Position numbers and translations under genes: made by a program
NCBI GenBank assembly: GCA_035710025.1
Contig: DASTEB010000095.1
Location: 1-36,262, forward strand
From: Chloroflexia bacterium
Lineage (GTDB): Bacteria > Chloroflexota > Chloroflexia > QHBQ01 > JADMIH01
DNA length: 36,262 bases
Direction: 5' to 3'
Notes under the pieces: generated by a model
Databases searched by the model: none
Seen by the model: the letters and a program-made list of their open reading frames with translations, nothing else
Told to the model about the DNA's origin: nothing
Shown here: one piece after another, positions 28,671-36,262 of the stretch
How positions within the stretch are numbered: position 1 is the first letter of the stretch
Layout: the number at the start of each line of letters is the position of its first letter

Positions 28671-28695
28671 CGCCTTGTGGACAAATTTAGTCGCG

Positions 28696-30771
<2,076 letters not shown>

Positions 30772-30820
30772 CTTTTTACTCTCCTTTGCGCCAGGGTTCG
30801 GTATCAGGGTTAAAGAACAA

Positions 30821-30849
30821 TGAGGTCACCGAGGTCGCCGGTGACCTCA
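30821..30849 (-). terminator. Strong hairpin plus U-rich tract between rpsG and fusA (candidate attenuator or partial terminator)
   Basis: TGAGGTCACCG (30821-30831) and CGGTGACCTCA (30839-30849) form an 11-bp perfect stem with a 7-nt loop. UUGUUCUUUAA follows in the sense RNA. The 12-nt palindrome CCAGGGCCCTGG lies at 30853-30864. Confidence 0.45.
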
Positions 30850-30873
30850 GGTCCAGGGCCCTGGTGCCTAGCC

Positions 30874-31344
30874 CTAGAACCTGTAGTGCGCGAAAGCCCT
30901 GTTGGCCTCCGCCATCTTATGCGTATCTTCGCGGCGCTTGATGGTCGTACCGGTGTTGTTCGAGGCGTCCATCAGCTCGGCGGCAAGGCGGTCGGCCATG
31001 CTCCGGCCGGTGCGCTTGCGGGCGGCCATGAGGATCCAGCGAATCGCCAGCGACTGCCGGCGGTCGCCCTTGATCTCGACGGGCACCTGGTAGGTGGCGC
31101 CACCCACGCGGCGAGGCTTGACCTCGATCACGGGCGTGGCGTTGCGCACAGCCTGCTCGAATACCTCGATGCCGGGCCGCTTGGCGCGGCGCTCAAGCTC
31201 GTCGATGGTATCGTACAGAATACGCTCGGCCAGACCCTTCTTGCCGCGCATCATCAGCTTGTTTACAAACCGCGAAACCAGCAGGCTGTTGTACACAGGA
31301 TCCGGCTGGAGCTCGTGCTTTTCATAACGACCTCGTCGTGGCAT
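30874..31344 (-). CDS. rpsG: 30S ribosomal protein S7
   Basis: MPRRGRYEKHELQPDPVYNS.LV.RF.N fits S7. I chose the ATG at 31344, which has GGAGGA 10 nt upstream. The ORF-track start at 31371 would add 9 residues. Confidence 0.95.
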   Translation of the reverse strand: MPRRGRYEKHELQPDPVYNSLLVSRFVNKLMMRGKKGLAERILYDTIDELERRAKRPGIEVFEQAVRNATPVIEVKPRRVGGATYQVPVEIKGDRRQSLAIRWILMAARKRTGRSMADRLAAELMDASNNTGTTIKRREDTHKMAEANRAFAHYRF

Positions 31345-31446
31345 CTTCCCGATTTCCTCCTCTACACACAAATATGAGAACTACCGCCGTCGCGCCGTTG
31401 GCAGCTTCGCAACCATACGCACGTCGTACGGGACAGTTCCCATACC

Positions 31447-31493
31447 TGTAGTCACCGTTCCGGTAACCACACGCCCGTGGGCGTGCGTTATAC
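31447..31493 (-). ncRNA. Conserved 47-nt two-hairpin motif, copy B (rpsL-rpsG spacer)
   Basis: The sense RNA reads GUAUAACGCACGCC-CACG-GGCGUGUGGUUACC-GGAAC-GGUGACUACA. Stems and flanks are identical to copy A, while the loops and the apical base pair differ. Confidence 0.55.
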
Positions 31494-31556
31494 ACTCTGC
31501 TTTGGCTCTAGGTTGTCACGCGAGAGCGCGGACCAACTCCGGTCCGGGAGCCCTCG

Positions 31557-31991
31557 TTACTTCTTACCGCCCTTGGTCTTGGCCGGGTTCTTCGCGCCGT
31601 ACTTCGAGCGGCCGCGCTTGCGGTCCTTCACGCCCTGGGCGTCGAGGGTGCCGCGGATGATGTGGTAGCGCACGCCGGGCAGGTCCTTCACACGACCGCC
31701 GCGGATAAGCACCACCGAGTGCTCCTGCAGGTTATGTCCCTCGCCGGGGATGTACGCGCTGACTTCCATGCCGTTGGACAGGCGTACGCGGGCGATCTTG
31801 CGCAGAGCGGAGTTGGGCTTCTTCGGCGTCATTGTGCGCACCTGGGTGCAGACACCACGCTTCTGAGGCGAGCCCTTGCCGCGCTTGGCGCTGCCCGTGG
31901 TGGAATTAAGTATGAATCGCAGCGCCGGAGCCTTGGTCTTCTTGGTCGTTGTCTTCCGAGCCCTGCGAACGAGCTGATTAATAGTCGGCAT
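31557..31991 (-). CDS. rpsL: 30S ribosomal protein S12 (with ~11-aa insertion before the PQKRGVC segment)
   Basis: [10 protein letters not shown]..., [22 protein letters not shown] and [28 protein letters not shown] fit S12. The protein is 144 aa. Confidence 0.97.
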   Translation of the reverse strand: MPTINQLVRRARKTTTKKTKAPALRFILNSTTGSAKRGKGSPQKRGVCTQVRTMTPKKPNSALRKIARVRLSNGMEVSAYIPGEGHNLQEHSVVLIRGGRVKDLPGVRYHIIRGTLDAQGVKDRKRGRSKYGAKNPAKTKGGKK

Positions 31992-32038
31992 TATTTCTCC
32001 TCATCACAAAACACAACGCACAATGCGCACAGAGTATC

Positions 32039-32067
32039 ATTATACGGAAAGGGTCGTCCACTGTCAA
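32039..32067 (-). promoter_or_regulatory. Consensus sigma-70 promoter of the str operon (rpsL-rpsG-fusA)
   Basis: On the minus strand, TTGACA (32067-32062) is followed by a 17-nt spacer and TATAAT (32044-32039), a perfect match. It lies ~45 nt upstream of the rpsL ATG, and a GAGGAG SD is present. Confidence 0.78.
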
Positions 32068-32102
32068 GCGCGATTCGCGCTCGCCTCCGCCCCGGCACGC
32101 AC

Positions 32103-32777
32103 TCAGTCTGTCGCCGCCCACTCCTCCTGAACGGCGTCCATGAGAGCCTGTAACTGCGCTCGGAAGCGCGTGTCACCGATCCTTACTGTACACACGCCAT
32201 ATTCGCAGTTGAATCGTCGGTGCTTTAGGTGGCCGCTGTTGGTCTTCGGAACGGCGATAATTGTACCGGGCTCCACGTTGAGGATCATTGCCCAGTATCG
32301 CTTTAGTTCTTCGGGATCTTGGTCGGCATGGTATTGGAAGCGGTAGTCGAAGTGCGAGTTGGTAGCCAACCGTTTCATGCAGTCGTGCGCGAACCGCACG
32401 ATCTTAGGGTTTGAGTTACCAAGCGCCACGGTGTTCCTGTCCCTGCGGTATCCCTCCGCCAAGTACAGGACCACGAAATCGCGGATCGTGCTGTCCCGAA
32501 GCATCTCGTGGGACTTCGCGTAGACCTCGTCGTATGCGCTCTGCCGAATGGCAGCGTACTTCGCTTGCATCGCCGAGACTGCAGCTCTGCGGTTCGCCTC
32601 CTGCTTCTCACTTCGCGGCTTCGGCTTCCCAGGCGCTCGTGTGAGGGGCATGTTCTTGACCCAGTAGTAAACAGTTCCCCTTGAGACGCCAAGACGCGAG
32701 GCAAGTTCGTCTATCGAAAGACTCTCGGACTTTCTCAGGTGGATGGCCTGCTCTCTTATCTGGGCGAGTCGTCTCAC
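32103..32777 (-). CDS. Hypothetical HTH-domain protein of atypical composition (possible single-motif LAGLIDADG-like endonuclease fold)
   Basis: The 224-aa ORF has a GTG start. The N-terminal helix-turn-helix is LSIDELASRLGVSRGTVYYWVK. The central segment FVVLYLAEGYRRDRNTVALGNSNPKIV resembles a LAGLIDADG helix-strand unit. GC is ~50-57%, against ~65% in the flanks, and the gene uses AGA, ATA, CTT and TCA codons that are rare in neighbouring genes. Confidence 0.6.
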   Translation of the reverse strand: MRRLAQIREQAIHLRKSESLSIDELASRLGVSRGTVYYWVKNMPLTRAPGKPKPRSEKQEANRRAAVSAMQAKYAAIRQSAYDEVYAKSHEMLRDSTIRDFVVLYLAEGYRRDRNTVALGNSNPKIVRFAHDCMKRLATNSHFDYRFQYHADQDPEELKRYWAMILNVEPGTIIAVPKTNSGHLKHRRFNCEYGVCTVRIGDTRFRAQLQALMDAVQEEWAATD

Positions 32778-32857
32778 AAGTACCGATATCAGTATGTGTA
32801 GAAGCCCTAGTCTCGACCTAAGTGTAACGCAGGTACACGACTAAGGCTTCAGTCAAG

Positions 32858-32931
32858 TCGGGGTGGAAGGATTTGAACCTTCGGCCCCGTCGTCCCAAAC
32901 GACGTGCGCTGCCAGGCTGCGCTACACCCCG
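32858..32931 (-). tRNA. tRNA-Pro (anticodon UGG)
   Basis: The 74-nt cloverleaf has acceptor CGGGGTG/CACCCCG plus discriminator A, D arm GCGC-AGCCTGGCA-GCGC, anticodon arm CGTCG-TTTGGGA-CGACG, and T arm GAAGG-TTCAAAT-CCTTC. G37 is present. CCA is not encoded. Confidence 0.95.
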
Positions 32932-32940
32932 TAGCCTCCA

Positions 32941-32970
32941 ATTATACGCTCGCGATGACTGCCGCGTCAA
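32941..32970 (-). promoter_or_regulatory. Sigma-70-type promoter of tRNA-Pro
   Basis: On the minus strand, TTGACG (32970-32965) is followed by an 18-nt spacer and TATAAT (32946-32941). The -10 ends 9 nt before the mature tRNA 5' end. Confidence 0.7.
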
Positions 32971-33000
32971 GCGTCGCGCGGGCGTCGCGAGCACGGCGAA

Positions 33001-33024
33001 GGGACGCTGTGCGGGCAGCGTCCC
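33001..33024 (-). terminator. Hairpin after the small secreted-protein gene
   Basis: GGGACGCTG (33001-33009) pairs with CAGCGTCCC (33016-33024) in a 9-bp stem with a 6-nt loop. The U-tract is weak (UUCGCC). Confidence 0.45.
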
Positions 33025-33064
33025 AACATTACAGGTCCGGCTCGATTAGAGTCGTGCGGCCATT

Positions 33065-33637
33065 TTAGCCAAGCAGGTCGATGATCCTGTTCAGCAGACC
33101 CACGATCTGGTTCAGCACATCGCCCAGCGGGTTGCCGTCCAGCAGGCCCGCGATGGCGCAAAGCAAATTGCCAAGCAGGTTGCCGGGGCCGCGCTCTGCA
33201 TCGATCGTGATGTTGATCTCGTCAACGTGGACCACCAGGCCCAGCAGGTCGAGATCGATAGGGCCAATGCTCAGGTCGAGAATGTCGCAGACGTGAGAGG
33301 TCGGGGCGTTCCCGGCGCCTTCCAGCGTGACGGGAATGCCGGTGACCAGGAAGTTCTCAACAGGCTGGTTGCCGCCGGGGGTGCGGAGCACGCCGGTCAG
33401 CAGACCGGTAGCCACGATGCCGTCATTGGTCGCGTTGGGCTCGAAGCTAACGATGTCCAGCGAGCCGTTGAAGGTGCCACCACCGCCAACTACCGTGCCC
33501 TGCACAGGGATATCCTGTAAGGGGCTCTTGTTAGCGCCGGCCGCGGGCTGAGCCGCGAGAGCCGGGGCGAGGGCGAAAACGCCCAGGACCAGCGGTATGA
33601 GTAAGAGTGCGATCCGTGTTGTCCATGTCTTGTTCAT
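33065..33637 (-). CDS. Small secreted protein of unknown function (Gly/Leu-rich)
   Basis: The ATG at 33637 has GAGGAGG 6 nt upstream. The signal peptide is MNKTWTTRIALLLIPLVLGVFALAPALA-AQP. The mature ~160-aa protein ends in a Leu-rich segment, GNLLGNLLCAIAGLLDGNPLGDVLNQIVGLLNRIIDLLG. I recognise no named family. Confidence 0.75.
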   Translation of the reverse strand: MNKTWTTRIALLLIPLVLGVFALAPALAAQPAAGANKSPLQDIPVQGTVVGGGGTFNGSLDIVSFEPNATNDGIVATGLLTGVLRTPGGNQPVENFLVTGIPVTLEGAGNAPTSHVCDILDLSIGPIDLDLLGLVVHVDEINITIDAERGPGNLLGNLLCAIAGLLDGNPLGDVLNQIVGLLNRIIDLLG

Positions 33638-33877
33638 TCGGTTCCTCCTCGTTGGTGAAGTGTCGTTGTGTATGTCGTTGGAGTCACCGGACCCGGGCAT
33701 TTAGGGGAGCAAGTCTTATGCCATATCGCACTACAGCCGGTAACATACAGCCGCTTGCCTTGCGCTCGATCGACGCCTGAAGAAAATGCCCGCCGAAGGT
33801 ATCAATCCGAGCGCCTATGATGTATGATAGTGTCGCTTTGTGCACGGCCCCTACGATCCTGCCACGGAGCGGTGAAC

Positions 33878-34975
33878 ATGATCGCAAAGGCGCGGGCGGC
33901 GCTTACAACCACGCTTATTCTTGCACTGGCATGCGCGTACTTCCCTACCACCTACGCGCAGACCGGCACGTCGCGCCACTTCCCCGAGACCGGGCAATCG
34001 GTGCAGGGCGTCTTCCTCGACTACTGGCAGCGCAACGGCGGCCTTCCACAGTTCGGCTACCCCATATCGGGCGAGCGCTTCGAGACGAGCGAATTCGATG
34101 GACGCCGCCACAAGGTGCAGTACTTCGAGCGCGCCGTATTCGAGCGCCACTCGGACAACAGGCCTCCGTACGACGTGCTGCTCGTTCAGCTCGGCACGCT
34201 GCGCTACCGTGCGAAGTACGGCGATGCCGAGCCGCCGGACCAGCAGCCCAACCGGGCAGGGGTGTACTTTCCCGAGACCGGGCGGTACCTGGGCGGGGGG
34301 TTCCTCGAATACTGGCGGGCCAACGGCGGCCTTATGCGCCAGGGCTACCCCATATCCGACGAGTTCGACGAAGTCAGCGAGGTGGACGGCAAGACCTACA
34401 CCGTCCAGTACTTCGAGCGCGCCGTGATGGAGTACCACCCCGAGAACCCGCCCCGGCAGCGGGTGCTGCTCGGCCTGCTCGGGGTGCAGCGCCTGCGTGA
34501 TAAGGAAACACCGGCCCGGCCGTCGCCCACCGCAGCAGATGCGGCTACACCGGGCAGCACCGTCACGCCGGCGCCGCCGGAATCTACCCCCGGCGTTGAG
34601 CCGCTGCCTTCCGGATGCTCTCCGGTCGAGGAGTCGCGCAAGGCCCGCATCCAAGCGGCCGGGCCGGTGGCGATTGCGGGTATACGGTACTCGGGGCAGG
34701 AATACGTCGAGATCGCCAACAATGGCAGCGAATCGGTTAACCTCGGCGGGTGGGTGCTGCGCGACCGCAACGACAGGCGGCAGAGCTACACATTCCCACC
34801 CGGCACGTCACTTGCGCCAGCGGCGACACTCAAGGTCTACACAGAGCCGGGGCATGAGCATTCGTTCGGCAGCAGAGCGTCAATCTGGAACAACTGCGGC
34901 GACGTGGCCGAGCTATTGGACGCGAGCGGGGCCGTCGTCTCGACCTTCGCCTACAACACGCACCTACTGCCCTAG
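33878..34975 (+). CDS. Secreted protein with two FPETG...GYPIS...VQYFERAV repeats and a C-terminal lamin-tail domain (LTD)
   Basis: The ATG at 33878 has GGAG 9 nt upstream. The signal peptide is MIAKARAALTTTLILALACAYFPTTYA. Two ~75-aa internal repeats are followed by a Pro/Thr linker. The C-terminal segment EYVEIANNGSESVNLGGWVLRDRNDRRQSYTFP..L.PAATLKVYT matches the LTD pattern. Confidence 0.8.
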   Translation: MIAKARAALTTTLILALACAYFPTTYAQTGTSRHFPETGQSVQGVFLDYWQRNGGLPQFGYPISGERFETSEFDGRRHKVQYFERAVFERHSDNRPPYDVLLVQLGTLRYRAKYGDAEPPDQQPNRAGVYFPETGRYLGGGFLEYWRANGGLMRQGYPISDEFDEVSEVDGKTYTVQYFERAVMEYHPENPPRQRVLLGLLGVQRLRDKETPARPSPTAADAATPGSTVTPAPPESTPGVEPLPSGCSPVEESRKARIQAAGPVAIAGIRYSGQEYVEIANNGSESVNLGGWVLRDRNDRRQSYTFPPGTSLAPAATLKVYTEPGHEHSFGSRASIWNNCGDVAELLDASGAVVSTFAYNTHLLP

Positions 34976-36262
34976 CCCCGGCGCCGGAACCGCCGGGCAA
35001 CAAGGCCGACCGCCTGGTCAAGCTCCTCGGAGCGCAGCAGCTTCGCGGCGGCCAGGTACACCACCGCGCCAATTGCGACGCCCACAACCGTCACGGCAAT
35101 GGCCTCTAGCTTACCCTGCGTGGATATCAGCGCGCCCGACGCCGCGAGCAGACCCCACAGCGCAACGCCCATAACACCGGAGGCCACCAGACTCGTAGTG
35201 ATGGAGCGCACCATGCCGCCGGGGGCCAGCCGCCAACCGGGCAGCTTGCGCCCGAGCAGCACCCACAGCAACGCCATCTCCAGCGTGGTCGTGGCCGCGA
35301 GGCTGAGCGCGAGGCCGTTCGTGCCCATGGCGAGAGTCACCGCCAGCAGCCACGCCAGTCCGAGGTTCAGCACCACGGTGACGACACCCACAGCGACGGG
35401 TGTCGCCGTGTCGTGCAGCGCATAGAAGGCGCGCGTCACGACCTCCACCACGGCGTAAGACACGAGCCCGATGCAGAAGAAGCCGAGCGAGGCGGCCACG
35501 GTCTGAGTGTCCTGCACGTCGAATGCACCCAGCTGGAAGAGCGTCGCCACCAACTCCTCGCGCAGCACGAACATCCCCACGGCCGCCGGGATGGTGAGGA
35601 ACAGCAGCACGCGTACTGCCCGCGATAGCGTGCCCCGCAAGGCCTCGAGATCACCCTCCGCGAACTGCGAGGCCATCGTGGGGAACGTGGTCGTGGCAAG
35701 CGACATGGCGAACACGCCGTGGGGCAGAATCATGATCATGTAGGCGTAGTTGAACGCGGCAAGGCTCCCGGCGGCGAGGAACGACGCGATAGCGGTCATC
35801 GCGATGATGTTTACCTGGAAGGCGGCCTGCCCTGCTATTCGAGGCAAGATTAGCCGCCCGACCTCGCCCGCGCCCTCGTCGCGCAGGTTTAGCCGCGGCG
35901 TCCAGCGCATGCCGGTGCGCACCAGCGCGGGCACCTGCACCCCGACGTGCAGCAGCGCGCCCGCTACCACGCCCCAGGCTAGCCCGTACACCCCGAACAC
36001 CGGGACGAGGAACAGCGCCCCCGCGATGATCGCCAGGTTGTAGAACACAGGCGCGAGCGCGGGCATCGTGAAGTGCTGGCGGGCGTTGAGGATGCCCTGC
36101 GCCCACCCGCCAAGCCCCATAAACAGGGGCGACAGCAGGATGATGCGTGTGAGGTCGACCACCAGCGCCTGCTGCTCGGGCGGCCTGCCGGGGAACAGCA
36201 CCGCGCCCACAAGCGGCTCTGCGAGGAGGCCGAGCAGCAGCCCGCCCAGGCTGAGCAGCACC
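34972..36262 (-). CDS. murJ: Lipid II flippase MurJ/MviN (N-terminus beyond the window edge)
   Basis: The frame is open to the window end. The product is polytopic, with MurJ-like segments (FDVQDTQTVAASLGFFCIGLVSYAVVEVVTRAFYALHDTATPV). Its stop overlaps the convergent LTD gene by 4 nt. Confidence 0.85.
   Translation of the reverse strand, partial: VLLSLGGLLLGLLAEPLVGAVLFPGRPPEQQALVVDLTRIILLSPLFMGLGGWAQGILNARQHFTMPALAPVFYNLAIIAGALFLVPVFGVYGLAWGVVAGALLHVGVQVPALVRTGMRWTPRLNLRDEGAGEVGRLILPRIAGQAAFQVNIIAMTAIASFLAAGSLAAFNYAYMIMILPHGVFAMSLATTTFPTMASQFAEGDLEALRGTLSRAVRVLLFLTIPAAVGMFVLREELVATLFQLGAFDVQDTQTVAASLGFFCIGLVSYAVVEVVTRAFYALHDTATPVAVGVVTVVLNLGLAWLLAVTLAMGTNGLALSLAATTTLEMALLWVLLGRKLPGWRLAPGGMVRSITTSLVASGVMGVALWGLLAASGALISTQGKLEAIAVTVVGVAIGAVVYLAAAKLLRSEELDQAVGLVARRFRRRG

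Noticed and set aside
28388-28684. 98-aa minus-strand ORF in the fusA-rpsJ gap.
   Set aside because: It begins upstream of the fusA terminator and runs through both the terminator and the S10 promoter into the leader. It has no SD and no recognisable domain, so it is more parsimoniously non-coding leader.
32040-32110. I searched for a direct repeat of the tRNA-Pro 3' end (att-like duplication) at the far side of the low-GC HTH gene, which would define a genomic islet.
   Set aside because: No copy of TTCAAATCCTTCCACCCCGA, or a substantial part of it, is visible between 32040 and 32860. No integrase is present either. The classical integrative-element model is therefore unsupported.
33800-33830. 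TATGAT motifs (33816-33821 and 33823-33828) considered as the -10 of the LTD-protein gene promoter.
   Set aside because: The candidate -35 hexamers at 17-18-nt spacing (TATCAA and GTATCA) match TTGACA at no more than 3 of 6 positions. This is too weak to call a promoter from sequence alone.

Overview
This is a 36.3-kb high-GC (roughly 65%) bacterial chromosomal window, transcribed almost entirely on the minus strand. Reading the minus strand from the right edge: a partial murJ, a small secreted protein, tRNA-Pro(UGG), and a low-GC HTH gene. Next comes the complete str/S10/spc/alpha ribosomal super-cluster: rpsL-rpsG-fusA, then rpsJ through rpsQ, rplN through rplO, and secY-adk-map-infA-rpmJ-rpsM-rpsK-rpsD-rpoA-rplQ. 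It is followed by truA-rplM-rpsI and a five-gene Opp/Dpp-type peptide ABC importer. Two genes lie on the plus strand: an SLH-repeat surface protein fragment at the left edge and a secreted lamin-tail-domain protein near the right edge. rpmJ (L36) is missing from the ORF track and was found by hand. I saw no CRISPR array, transposase, integrase or rRNA. This is mostly an ordinary core-genome region, and I did not find a clear multi-gene novel system. The points most worth a second look are these. (1) A 47-nt two-hairpin RNA motif occurs in both the S10 leader and the rpsL-rpsG spacer, with compensatory changes between the copies. (2) A 30-bp inverted repeat built from tandem heptamers fills the rpsM-rpsK spacer. 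(3) A compositionally foreign HTH gene, possibly LAGLIDADG-like, is wedged between tRNA-Pro and the str promoter. (4) Many ribosomal proteins and RpoA carry long low-complexity extensions. (5) Intergenic spacers are unusually long, and several promoters match the sigma-70 consensus nearly perfectly. The SLH variant, the FPETG-type repeats and the gene content suggest a Chloroflexota-like organism, but that is inference only.
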